A DNA stretch of 32,000 nt from Candidatus Saccharimonadota bacterium (GCA_026002795.1 BPGA01000001.1:503453-535452), one strand, 5' to 3'. Shown: positions 10,345-19,335, counted from the stretch's first letter. Notes: generated from the letters alone by a model not told the origin. A program made the numbers and translations.

Positions 10345-11787
10345 ATGAGCGCAAGTATTTCACAAATAATAGGAAAAATAAATCCAACACTTTATGCAGA
10401 AAACGGAAAAGAACTTCTTAAAAAATATCAATATTCAGACAAAATTCCTGCAGAAGAAGTAAAAGAAAAACCGATATCTAAACATGAGTTAGTTTATGAT
10501 TCTTCTTCAGAGACTTTAGAGCCTGTTTATTTTTTTATTTTCGATATGATGAATGATCTTGGTTTAGAAGTAGAGAAATTAGTAGATAATTTTACCTCAT
10601 CTCCAGGTTCAGGCCATTTTGGTGAACTTGGGCAGAGAGCAACAATAATGCAACAACAAGCAACAAAAATATTAGGTGATGTAAATAATGTTTTAAGAAG
10701 CATTTTAAATATTCTTTATGATCTTAAGGATTTTAGAATAAGGCTTAATTATTACGATGATTTAAAAAACGAAAAAAAAAGAGATGCAGCTTTACTTGCT
10801 TTAAAACAAATTTGGTTAGACAAAGTAGATATACAAAAAGGAAATTCTAGTATAAAAGCAATGAGTGTGCAAGGCGGATTTCAATCTTTAATTCATGCTT
10901 TTCTTGCTGTGAAAAATGAGAAGGATGCAGAAAATTTAGATTTAAATGATGTAATTAAAAGAGTTGTAAAGTCAAGAATTTTGGAGTTTAATGAATGGCT
11001 AATAAATTCTGAAAGAGAACTTAGGAATAGATATGAACTTGAAAAAAATTATTTAAGAAGCCAGGTAAATGCTCTTAAATTGTACTCAAGATGGGCCAAA
11101 CCATATTTAAAAGCGGCTTATGAATTAGAAATGAAATCAAGAGAAAAAGAAGCAGCTCTTGTTAAAGTTTTTAATACTCTTCTTTTAGAGCTTTTATTGT
11201 TTGGAAAAAAGAAAATAGATAAAAATGAAGAAGAGAAAAAATTAAATTTGCCAAAAGGAATTTCAAAATTAAAAACAAGGGATTATTATTACTGTGTTAT
11301 TGTAGAATTTAAATTTAGAGGAATTCCTCAAAGAATAAGCCAGCAAGCACATTATGTTTTTGGTGGTAGAGTTGACATTTCATTTAAGTCTTACTCACTT
11401 AATAGCGACGAGTTAAAAAAACTTGAGAAAGAAATTGAAAGTTCTGAATTTGGTGATGTTTTAAAGCTTATAGAGGGAGCTACAACAGAAAGTCTTGACA
11501 GAATTCAAGAAGAAATAAACTTTTTTTTAGAAGAAAAAAGTAGTGAAGAAGAAAAAGAAGAAACTAAAGATACCTCAAATCCTTTTATTGCTTTATTTGG
11601 CGGCTATGAAAAAAAACAAGGAGAAATAGAAACTAAAAAAGAAACAAAAAACGAAACTTTAAAAATTGAAAAAGAAAACTACGCTGAAAAAAATTATTTA
11701 AGGAAATTAGCAGACGAAAAAGCTAAAGAATTAGCGCTTAACCTTTTTGAATCTTATAAAAAAGCTCACGGAATGCCTAGTTTTTAA
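10345..11787 (+). CDS. Hypothetical protein, 480 aa, largely helical with an acidic/lysine-rich C-terminal region
   Basis: Long ORF with a TATA-like box upstream. No motif I can assign and no P-loop. Confidence 0.6.
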   Translation: MSASISQIIGKINPTLYAENGKELLKKYQYSDKIPAEEVKEKPISKHELVYDSSSETLEPVYFFIFDMMNDLGLEVEKLVDNFTSSPGSGHFGELGQRATIMQQQATKILGDVNNVLRSILNILYDLKDFRIRLNYYDDLKNEKKRDAALLALKQIWLDKVDIQKGNSSIKAMSVQGGFQSLIHAFLAVKNEKDAENLDLNDVIKRVVKSRILEFNEWLINSERELRNRYELEKNYLRSQVNALKLYSRWAKPYLKAAYELEMKSREKEAALVKVFNTLLLELLLFGKKKIDKNEEEKKLNLPKGISKLKTRDYYYCVIVEFKFRGIPQRISQQAHYVFGGRVDISFKSYSLNSDELKKLEKEIESSEFGDVLKLIEGATTESLDRIQEEINFFLEEKSSEEEKEETKDTSNPFIALFGGYEKKQGEIETKKETKNETLKIEKENYAEKNYLRKLADEKAKELALNLFESYKKAHGMPSF

Positions 11788-11883
11788 CATTAATTAAAAT
11801 TCTAAAAATTAAAATAAAAAATTCATCAAAAATATTAGAACTTGTTTCTATATATTTATATACTTTTATACTAATTTAATTAT

Positions 11884-12525
11884 ATGGCCACAAACAAAAA
11901 AAAAGTAAAATTTAAACAACTCAAAAAAAATAAAAAATTTAATAGAAATAAAAACCTTTTTGAAATAATTAAGAAAAAGCCTTTAAAAGAGATCATTGTT
12001 GATGAATCTACTTTAGAAAAAGCTATAGAAAGCCTTTCTAAAAAACAAGATTCAGATTTTTCAGAAACATTTTTTCAAGAAAAAAGAGAGGATTTCTTTG
12101 AAACCAATGATTTAATTAACATTTTAGATGATTCAAAAATTAGTTTAGAAAAAGTAGCTCAAGAGATTCAAAGACCAATAATTTTTGGACAGGGTTTTAA
12201 AAATGAAGAAAAATCAGAGTCAGAAACACCAAACTATACAGGAAAATATAAAGAAAAAGAACAAAAAAACTACTCTTTAAGAGAAGAATCATTAAAAACA
12301 CCTTTTTTTAGAGAGAGAATTTTGGTTAGAACACAAAATGAAGAAAAAATTCAAAAAAAACCAGGTGATTTTTTCTTTGAACTCGGATTCAGACAAGACA
12401 ATGTAGAGAGTTTAACATTCGAAAGAAAAAACTTTCAAGAGGAAAAAATGTCTTCAATAGATTATGAAGAAAGAAGAATTCAAGATTATAAACAATACAA
12501 ACCCCGAAAAAATAGAGAAGAGTAA
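11884..12525 (+). CDS. Hypothetical K/E-rich, probably disordered protein
   Basis: 213-aa low-complexity charged sequence with a TATA-like element (tatatatttatata) upstream. Confidence 0.45.
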   Translation: MATNKKKVKFKQLKKNKKFNRNKNLFEIIKKKPLKEIIVDESTLEKAIESLSKKQDSDFSETFFQEKREDFFETNDLINILDDSKISLEKVAQEIQRPIIFGQGFKNEEKSESETPNYTGKYKEKEQKNYSLREESLKTPFFRERILVRTQNEEKIQKKPGDFFFELGFRQDNVESLTFERKNFQEEKMSSIDYEERRIQDYKQYKPRKNREE

Positions 12526-12577
12526 ACAAAAAATCAAAAAAAGTAACTTATATAAATAAAAAATTTTTCTTTAAGTT

Positions 12578-14365
12578 ATGGTAGATTACAAAGCAGCACC
12601 ATATAAAATATCAGATATTTACTCTGGTGGTTATTCATCTTTTCAGCCAGCTCAAACTTCAAAGTATTTTCCTGTCGGATATTTTGGCATGACTACAGAC
12701 CCGCGTTCTGCAAATATTCTTCAGGAGGTAAGTCAAAAGCTTCTTACAGGTGTTAAAAATATTGAAATAGAAGCACTCTCTCAAGAAATTTTTGATTCTA
12801 TACCTAAACAGCATTTGAAAGAGGTAAATAGACTTGCAAAACTTACAGGAATTAATGTTTCTCTTCACGGACCTCTTGTAGATGTCGCTGGTTTTACAAG
12901 ATCAGGATGGAGTGAAATAGAAAGAAAAAACGCAGAAAAAGTAATTGTTGATACTTTACTAAGAGCAAAAGAGTTAAATCCAGATGGAAACATAATTGTA
13001 AATTTCCACTCTTCACAAGGAATTCCAGGAAGCGTTCCTCTACCTCCACATGAAAGAACTGAAGGAAGAGAATACAAATTGATTTACGCTGTTAATAAAG
13101 AAACAGGAGAGTTAGTTAAATTAGAACCAGAAAAAAAATTTTTTCCTGGAGAAGGAAAAGTTGAAGAAAAAGAATTTTCTCCAGAAAAAAGACTTGAAAT
13201 TTTAAACAGAGAAAGTTGGTCAGATAACTTTTCAAGAATACTTTTAAATTTAGACAGAGTTAATGAAATTTTTGAAGAAACAAAACCGTTTATTTTAAAA
13301 TATTTGGATGAAAATGGTCAATTAAAAATAAAAGATATAAGAGAACTTCCTAGTGAAGTAGAAAGAAATGCATTTAGAAGATTTATTTTAGCTAATAAAT
13401 ACCTTACAGAAGAAATCTACTCAAAACAAATTTCAAATTTATTTAGTAAAGCATATGAATACGGAACCCAAGAACAAAAAGAAATGCTTTCTAGTATCTC
13501 TAATAAAATATCTAAGAAGTTAGACAATAATAAAATAAATCCTTTTTCTTTATATGAAGCTATTCATGATATAGTTAATGAATTAGATTCAGAAAACCTT
13601 ACTCCAAAAATTTTTGATAGTTTAGATAATTTTTCGCTTGAGAAGACATCAGAAACATTTGGAAATGCTGCTTGGCAAGCATATAAACAATCAAAAGGAA
13701 AAGGTCTTCCTATACTTACAATAGAAAATCCTCCAGCAGGGTTTGCGTTAAGTACGGGAGAAGAACTAAAAGAGCTTGTAAGAAAATCAAGAGAAAAGTT
13801 TATAGAAAATGCTGTTAAAGAAGGCCTTTCAAGAGAAGCTGCTGAAAAAGAAGCTGAAAAAATTATAGGAGCTACATGGGACGTTGGTCATATAAATATG
13901 TTAAGGAAATTTGGTTACAAGGAAGAGGAAATAATCAAAGAAAGCGAAAAAATTGCTCCTTATTTAAAACATGTACATCTTTCAGATAATTTCGGTCTTG
14001 AGCATACAGAATTGCCAATGGGTATGGGAAATGTTCCTATAAAAGAAATAATGGAGAAACTTGGAGAAAAAGGATTTGAAGCTAAAAAAATAATAGAAGC
14101 AGGAAATTGGTGGCAACATTTTAGAACTCCACCGTTTGTAGAAACTTTAGAAGCAATGGGCTCTCCAATTTATTCGATGGAAATTGGTCAATACTGGAAT
14201 AAGATCGGTTCTTTTTATCAAGGTTATTCTTTAGGAATGGAAGGAGCATGGCTTCCTCAGATAAACTATGAAACATTTGGAGCTGGTTTCTCAATGCTTC
14301 CAAAAGAGCTTGGCGGTTCTAGAACAGGTGCAGGATCTAGGATTTCAGGAAGACCTATGGAATAA
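12578..14365 (+). CDS. Xylose-isomerase-like TIM-barrel (AP endonuclease 2 / sugar-phosphate isomerase-epimerase superfamily) protein with a large internal insertion
   Basis: Superfamily landmarks: GINVSLHGP, IIVNFHSSQG, LTIENPP, WDVGHINM, HVHLSDNFGLEHTELPMGMGNVPIKEI and IIEAGNW. About 200 aa of helical insert lie between the NFH and IENPP strands. Confidence 0.7.
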   Translation: MVDYKAAPYKISDIYSGGYSSFQPAQTSKYFPVGYFGMTTDPRSANILQEVSQKLLTGVKNIEIEALSQEIFDSIPKQHLKEVNRLAKLTGINVSLHGPLVDVAGFTRSGWSEIERKNAEKVIVDTLLRAKELNPDGNIIVNFHSSQGIPGSVPLPPHERTEGREYKLIYAVNKETGELVKLEPEKKFFPGEGKVEEKEFSPEKRLEILNRESWSDNFSRILLNLDRVNEIFEETKPFILKYLDENGQLKIKDIRELPSEVERNAFRRFILANKYLTEEIYSKQISNLFSKAYEYGTQEQKEMLSSISNKISKKLDNNKINPFSLYEAIHDIVNELDSENLTPKIFDSLDNFSLEKTSETFGNAAWQAYKQSKGKGLPILTIENPPAGFALSTGEELKELVRKSREKFIENAVKEGLSREAAEKEAEKIIGATWDVGHINMLRKFGYKEEEIIKESEKIAPYLKHVHLSDNFGLEHTELPMGMGNVPIKEIMEKLGEKGFEAKKIIEAGNWWQHFRTPPFVETLEAMGSPIYSMEIGQYWNKIGSFYQGYSLGMEGAWLPQINYETFGAGFSMLPKELGGSRTGAGSRISGRPME

Positions 14366-14437
14366 AACTATCTGTTAAAAAATAAAAACAAAAAGAATAA
14401 AAAGTATATTCTGTAAAATATATAAAAGAGAATAAAA

Positions 14438-15271
14438 ATGAAAAAAGTTAGTCAACAAAAAAATAAGTTAAAAAAAGAGTTAAAAAAATTTCCAACACTC
14501 CAAATTAAAAGAGAAAAGGATATTGCTCTAGATTTTGCCACAAAAGTTTATAAAAAATTTGATAAACTTATTAAATCTGTTGTTCTTTTTGGTTCAAGTG
14601 CAAAACAAACAAATGTTCTTGGTTCTGATATTGATGTAATGATAATTATAGATGATGTTACAATAAACTGGGATCAAGAGTTAATAGCATGGTATAGAGA
14701 AGAGCTAGAGAAATTAGTTAAAGAAAATCCATATAATAGGCCTTTACACATTAATACAATAAAATTAAGCAGCTGGTGGGAAGATATTTTAAGAGGCGAT
14801 CCTGTTGTGATTAACATTTTAAGATACGGAGAAGCTTTAATTGATTTTGGCGGTTTTTTTGAGCCATTGAAAATGCTTCTTATACAAGGAAAAATAAAAT
14901 CAACTCCAGAGGCAATTTTTAGTGCATTACAAAGAGCACCACAACATTTAGTAAGAAGTAAAATAGCAGAACTTAATTCTATCGAAGGAATTTATTGGGC
15001 AATGGTTGATGCAGCTCATGCAGCTTTAATAGCAGCGAATGTACAACCAGCTTCTCCAGAGCATATTGCTGCTGACTTAAAAGAAGTTTTTGTTAATAAC
15101 GGAAAATTAAATATGAAATATGTTGTTTGGTATAGAGATTTACATCTTCTACATAAAAAAATAGCGCATGGAGAAGTTAAAGAATTAAAAGGTGTTGAAA
15201 TAGATCAGTGGCAGGAAAGAGCTCAAGAATTTTTAGATGTTATGGGTCAGCTTGTGAAAGAATTAGTTTGA
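14438..15271 (+). CDS. Nucleotidyltransferase (Pol-beta superfamily) fused to a HEPN-like helical domain
   Basis: LFGSSAKQTNVLGSDIDVMIIIDD (GS...DxD) and a C-terminal helical region with an Rx5H pattern (RDLHLLH). Paralogous to 23742..25580. Confidence 0.75.
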   Translation: MKKVSQQKNKLKKELKKFPTLQIKREKDIALDFATKVYKKFDKLIKSVVLFGSSAKQTNVLGSDIDVMIIIDDVTINWDQELIAWYREELEKLVKENPYNRPLHINTIKLSSWWEDILRGDPVVINILRYGEALIDFGGFFEPLKMLLIQGKIKSTPEAIFSALQRAPQHLVRSKIAELNSIEGIYWAMVDAAHAALIAANVQPASPEHIAADLKEVFVNNGKLNMKYVVWYRDLHLLHKKIAHGEVKELKGVEIDQWQERAQEFLDVMGQLVKELV

Positions 15272-15300
15272 TAGATTTGAATCCTGGATTTATTTAAACT

Positions 15301-15957
15301 TTACAAATAACTTTCTAGTTCTTTTAATAATCTTTTTGACCTATTTGCAGCCTCTAACCTTAACTCTTCACTTAACCCTTTATCTTCAGCCATCTCTCTA
15401 AGATCCGTATAATAACCTTCTTTCACATACAAATCAATAGCCCTTCTTCCAGCTTCATCAACTTTTCTTCCAGCTTCTAACCTTAACTCTTCACTTAAAC
15501 CTCCATCTTTAGCCATCTCTCTAAGATCCGTATAATTACCTCTTTCAGCACAAAAATCAATAGCCCTTCTTCCCGCCTCTAACCTTAACTCTTCACTTAA
15601 ACCTCCATCTTTAGCCATCTCTCTAAGATACGTATAATAACCTTCTTTCACATACAAATCAATAGCCCTTCTTCCAGCTTCTAACCTTAACTCTCTACTT
15701 AATCTCTCATCTTCAGCCATATCTACAAGAACACAATAATTACCTCTTTCAGCACAAAAATCAATAGCCCTTCTTCCAGCCTCTAACCTTACCTCTTCAC
15801 TTAACCCTTTATCTTCAGCCATCTCTCTAAGATCCGTATAATAACCTTCTTTCACATACAAATCAATAGCCCTTCTTCCAGCCTTTAATCTTATTGAAGG
15901 GTTTTCACTATGTTTTGCTAAAATTAAGAGTTCTTCAAGGTTTAGTTCTTTTGTCAT
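15301..15957 (-). CDS. Helical tandem-repeat protein, family copy A (218 aa; N-cap, 3 x 34-aa units, 1 x 41-aa unit, C-cap)
   Basis: Repeats such as LREMAEDKGLSEEVRLEAGRRAIDFCAERGNYCV show a HEAT/PBS-lyase-like pattern (xxVRxxAxxxAxxL). Shares the conserved N-cap MTKELNLEELLILAK and tail NRSKRLLKELESYL. Confidence 0.8.
   Translation of the reverse strand: MTKELNLEELLILAKHSENPSIRLKAGRRAIDLYVKEGYYTDLREMAEDKGLSEEVRLEAGRRAIDFCAERGNYCVLVDMAEDERLSRELRLEAGRRAIDLYVKEGYYTYLREMAKDGGLSEELRLEAGRRAIDFCAERGNYTDLREMAKDGGLSEELRLEAGRKVDEAGRRAIDLYVKEGYYTDLREMAEDKGLSEELRLEAANRSKRLLKELESYL
15403..15831 (-). repeat. In-frame tandem coding repeats (102-bp and 123-bp units) of copy A
   Basis: The nucleotide motif ccttcttccagc(c/t)tctaaccttaactc recurs at unit spacing. 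Confidence 0.85.
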
Positions 15958-16080
15958 GTTTTTTTTGAAGAAAAGCCTATTTATAAATCTTTCGGTTTTA
16001 TTATCACTCTACAGTTACTATTATTAATCTTTATTTTGATTGTTATTTTGGTTGTTGTGTTTTATGTTATGTTTTTGTAT
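15958..16080 (-). promoter_or_regulatory. Conserved upstream cassette of the repeat family (copy A): A8 run, BRE/TATA, CA-rich tract
   Basis: Nearly matches 17326-17452 and 22093-22219. Sense strand CCGAAAGATTTATAAATAGGC has its TATA centre about 26 nt upstream of the ATG. Confidence 0.75.
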
Positions 16081-16104
16081 TACAAATAAAAAGTTAAGAC
16101 TTAA

Positions 16105-16149
16105 ATTTTAAACCTTTTTATTAAAAATTTAAGAAACTATTTTTAAACT
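16105..16149 (-). repeat. Conserved ~43-bp block immediately 3' of the repeat-gene stop codon (copy B)
   Basis: Matches 20942-20984 except for one indel (aaacctttttattaaaa(a)tttaagaaactatttttaaact). Confidence 0.7.
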
Positions 16150-17325
16150 TTACAAATAACTTTCTAGTTCTTTTAATAATTTTTTTGACCTATTTTTAGC
16201 TTCTGTCCTTATATCTTTACTTAACCTTCCATCTTCAGCCATCTTTATAAGACCCCTATAATTACCTCTTTTCGCACACAAATCAACAGCCCTTCTTCCA
16301 GCCTCTAACCTTAACTCTTCACTTAAACTTCTATCTTTAGCCATCTCTCTAAGACACCAAGAATCACCTCTTTCAGCATACAAATCAACAGCTCTCATCG
16401 CAGCCTCATCCACTCTTCTTCCAGCCTCTAACCTTACCTTTTCACTTAAACTTCTATCTTTAGCCATCTCTCTAAGATCCCAATAATTACCTCTTTTCGC
16501 ACACAAATCAACAGCCCTTCTTCCAGCCTCTAACCTTAACTCTTCACTTAAACTTCTATCTTTAGCCATCTCTCTAAGATCCGTATAATAACCTTCTTTC
16601 ACATACAAATCAACAGCTCTCATCGCAGCCTCATCCACTCTTCTTCCAGCCTCTAACCTTACCTTTTCACTTAACCTCTTATCTTTAGCCATCTCTCTAA
16701 GACCCCTATAATTACCTATTTCAGCATACAAATCAACAGCTCTCATCGCAGCCTCATCCACTCTTCTTCCAGCCTCTAACCTTACCTTTTCACTTAAATT
16801 TCTATCTTCAGCCATCTCTCTAAGACCCCTATAATTACCTCTTTCAGCATACAAATCAACAGCTCTCATCGCAGCCTCATCCACTCTTCTTCCAGCCTCT
16901 AACCTTACCTTTTCACCTAACCTCTTATCTTTAGCCATCTCTCTAAGACCCCTATAATTACCTCTTTCAGCATACAAATCAACAGTTCTCATCGCAGCCT
17001 CATCCACTCTTCTTCCAGCCTCTAACCTTACCTTTTCACTTAAATTTCTATCTTTAGCCATCTCTCTAAGACCCCTATAATTACCTCTTTCAGCATACAA
17101 ATCAACAGTTCTCATCGCAGCCTCATCCACTCTTCTTCCAGCCTCTAACCTTACCTTTTCACTTAAACTTCTATCTTTAGCCATCTCTCTAAGATACGCA
17201 TGCACATAATAACCTTTTTTCACATACAAATCAATAGCTCTCATTCCCGCTTCTACTCTTATTGAAGGGTCTTCACTATATTTTGCTAAAATTAAGAGTT
17301 CTTCAAGGTTTAGTTCTTTTGTCAT
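16150..17325 (-). CDS. Helical tandem-repeat protein, family copy B (391 aa; N-cap, 6 x 41-aa units, 2 x 34-aa units, C-cap)
   Basis: Five consecutive, nearly matching 123-bp units (LREMAKDRxLSEKVRLEAGRRVDEAAMRxVDLYAERGNYRG), then alternating 34-aa and 41-aa units. Same caps as copy A. Confidence 0.8.
   Translation of the reverse strand: MTKELNLEELLILAKYSEDPSIRVEAGMRAIDLYVKKGYYVHAYLREMAKDRSLSEKVRLEAGRRVDEAAMRTVDLYAERGNYRGLREMAKDRNLSEKVRLEAGRRVDEAAMRTVDLYAERGNYRGLREMAKDKRLGEKVRLEAGRRVDEAAMRAVDLYAERGNYRGLREMAEDRNLSEKVRLEAGRRVDEAAMRAVDLYAEIGNYRGLREMAKDKRLSEKVRLEAGRRVDEAAMRAVDLYVKEGYYTDLREMAKDRSLSEELRLEAGRRAVDLCAKRGNYWDLREMAKDRSLSEKVRLEAGRRVDEAAMRAVDLYAERGDSWCLREMAKDRSLSEELRLEAGRRAVDLCAKRGNYRGLIKMAEDGRLSKDIRTEAKNRSKKLLKELESYL
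16252..17193 (-). repeat. In-frame tandem coding repeats of copy B (five 123-bp units at 16579-17193, then 102/123/102 bp)
   Basis: The motif tcttcttccagcctctaaccttacctttt recurs with a 123-nt period. Confidence 0.9.
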
Positions 17326-17452
17326 GTTTTTTTTGAAGAAAAGCCTATTTATAAATCTTTCGGGTTTATTATCACTCTACAGTTACTATTATTAATCTTT
17401 ATTTTGATTGTTATTTTGGTTGTTGTGTTTCGTGGTGTGTTTTTGTTTTTTG
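17326..17452 (-). promoter_or_regulatory. Conserved upstream cassette of the repeat family (copy B)
   Basis: Same block as 15958-16080 and 22093-22219. BRE/TATA lies at 17346-17363. It abuts the stop codon of the wHTH gene. Confidence 0.75.
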
Positions 17453-17457
17453 AAATT

Positions 17458-17916
17458 TTATTTTAAAACAACAATGTTAGTCATTCCTCTTCTTTTTCTT
17501 TCGATCAGCTGTTTTGATTCTAATTTATCTAAAATTCTAGAAACTTTAGATTTTGGAAAATTGAAATGTTCAACAATTTCACTTTGATAAACACCTTTAT
17601 CTTTATTTTCTTTTATAAAAGAGAAGACTTTCTTTTCTTCAGAGTTAAGTTTGCTTATGTCATAATCTTTTTGCTCAATAATTCTCTCTTTACTAAAAAA
17701 CACTAAATAAAATCCAAGCGCCAATATAAAAGAAAAAATTCCAATTGCAAAATGAGAAACAGATATTCCTCTTTCAATTACAATACACTCTTTGTTGTTG
17801 TAACAGCCCAACTGCTCTGATTTTTCTGTAAGATTTGAGATATAGTAAATAAAAATGCCTCCGACAATTAACGAGATCACAATTAAAACAATTCCTAATT
17901 TTTTGTTATTGTCCAT
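17458..17916 (-). CDS. Membrane-anchored winged-helix (MarR/TrmB-like) DNA-binding protein
   Basis: Two TM helices (LGIVLIVISLIVGGIFIYYI and HFAIGIFSFILALGFYLVFF), then a wHTH-like region: GVYQSEIVEHFNFPKSKVSRILDKLESKQLIERKRRGMTNIV. Confidence 0.7.
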   Translation of the reverse strand: MDNNKKLGIVLIVISLIVGGIFIYYISNLTEKSEQLGCYNNKECIVIERGISVSHFAIGIFSFILALGFYLVFFSKERIIEQKDYDISKLNSEEKKVFSFIKENKDKGVYQSEIVEHFNFPKSKVSRILDKLESKQLIERKRRGMTNIVVLK

Positions 17917-18022
17917 TTTTCTTTTAATTTTTTATGGTATAATAATTTTTTGCTTAAGAGAAAATTATTTAAACTAGAAATTATTTAAGTTAATTATTTA
18001 TTAAGTTAAAGAGGTAAAAACA

Positions 18023-18442
18023 ATGAGTTACGGGTTAGTTAATGAAAAAGTTGTTCCAACTGGTGTAAAAATTATTGCTGTTTTATATTATATTGGTGCA
18101 GTTATTTTGATAGTTTTTGGTTTGCTTCCACTTTTTGCAATAGGTAGAGAAGCAATTGCTTTAACTTTAGGAATTATCATCCTTCCGGCCTTAATTATGC
18201 TTGGCCTTGGTATTTTTTCGTTTTTTATAGGTAGGGGTTTATGGAAAGGAAGAAATTGGGCTAGAATTATTGCTATAATAGTATCTGTTTTAGGAGCTAT
18301 TACTGGAATTTTAGGAGTTGCTATTGGAGCTATTTTAATGTTTCCATCTAGTTTAACTACAAGCTTAATTTCTATTGCAATAAATGTACTTATAGGATCA
18401 TATCTTTTATTCAATAAAAAAGTAAAACAAGCATTTGCTTAA
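18023..18442 (+). CDS. Integral membrane protein, about 4 TM helices (hypothetical)
   Basis: Hydrophobic 139-aa ORF with a GRGLWKGRNWAR loop. Confidence 0.6.
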   Translation: MSYGLVNEKVVPTGVKIIAVLYYIGAVILIVFGLLPLFAIGREAIALTLGIIILPALIMLGLGIFSFFIGRGLWKGRNWARIIAIIVSVLGAITGILGVAIGAILMFPSSLTTSLISIAINVLIGSYLLFNKKVKQAFA

Positions 18443-18567
18443 ACTTTCCATCGCTTTTGTGAGAAAATTTTTATTCTAAAAAAGAAAAAGAGATTTATTA
18501 TAAATAAGTTAATTTTAGAGTTCTTGGAAAGGTCTAAATTTATTAATTTTGAATAATTAAATTAAAT

Positions 18568-19335
18568 ATGATAAAAATACAAAAAATTCAGGACCCTAAT
18601 AAAGGCCAGCATTTTCTTGTTAGTAAAGAGATAATTAAAAAAGAAATTAAAGAAGCAAACATCTCAAAAAAAGACTTGGTTATTGAAATTGGTGCGGGAA
18701 CAGGAAATTTAACAGAAGAACTTTCAAAATATGCAGGAAAAGTTATTGCTTATGAAATTGATAAAAGTTTTGAAAATGACTTAATGAGTTTACAAAAAAA
18801 TTATGAAAATCTAATTGTGATTTTTGATGATGCATTTAATCATTCATGGAAAAACTGCACTAAAATAGTTTCAAATATACCTTTTTATGTTTCTGACAAA
18901 ATTATTTTTAAAGCCATTCAAGAAGATATTAAGGAGATAATTCTTCTTGTTGGAGAAAAATTCAAGAAAAAACTTTCCAACAGAAAAACAAAAATTGGTT
19001 TTATAGCAAACTTATTTTATGAAATAGAATTTTTAATGAAAGTTAAAAAAGAAAATTTTTATCCTAGACCCAGGGTTGATTCTTGGCTAATTAGGCTTAA
19101 GATAAAAAAACCAAATTCAAAATTTGAAAGCATTTTAAGGTCTTTTATTTTAAAAAAAGGAAAAATAAAAAACGCAATAATTTACTCTTTTGTAGAAAAC
19201 AAAAAAACAAAGAGAGAAGCTCGTTATTTTATAAAAAAAGCTGGTTTTTTTACTAGTGTTTTAGAAAAACCTGTTTCAAGAGTTACAGGAAATTTTTTAG
19301 TTAGGCTTGAAAATTCTTTAAAAAGTTTTCTTTAA
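18568..19335 (+). CDS. rsmA: 16S/18S rRNA adenine dimethyltransferase (KsgA/Dim1 family)
   Basis: GQHFL, SAM motif VIEIGAGTGNLTEEL, VSNIPFYVS and FYPRPRVDS. Confidence 0.85.
   Translation: MIKIQKIQDPNKGQHFLVSKEIIKKEIKEANISKKDLVIEIGAGTGNLTEELSKYAGKVIAYEIDKSFENDLMSLQKNYENLIVIFDDAFNHSWKNCTKIVSNIPFYVSDKIIFKAIQEDIKEIILLVGEKFKKKLSNRKTKIGFIANLFYEIEFLMKVKKENFYPRPRVDSWLIRLKIKKPNSKFESILRSFILKKGKIKNAIIYSFVENKKTKREARYFIKKAGFFTSVLEKPVSRVTGNFLVRLENSLKSFL

Noticed and set aside
10345-11787. Possible ESCRT-III/Snf7-like or PspA-like identity of the 480-aa protein, with the neighbouring 89-aa coiled-coil starting MGIFGF
   Set aside because: The idea rests only on a short resemblance (KRDAALLALKQ) and general helicity. 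Length and architecture do not match, so this cannot be supported without profile searches.
15958-16149. Conserved blocks flanking the repeat genes as a possible MITE, IS or other mobile element
   Set aside because: I could find no terminal inverted repeats, target-site duplications or transposase. The blocks have fixed orientation and a fixed distance to the start and stop codons, which fits promoter and 3' flank regions of a paralogous gene family.
15403-17193. Regularly spaced direct repeats that could be mistaken for a CRISPR array
   Set aside because: The repeats are contiguous 102-bp and 123-bp units with no unique spacers. They stay in frame within long ORFs and encode a coherent helical repeat protein. 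No cas genes are present.
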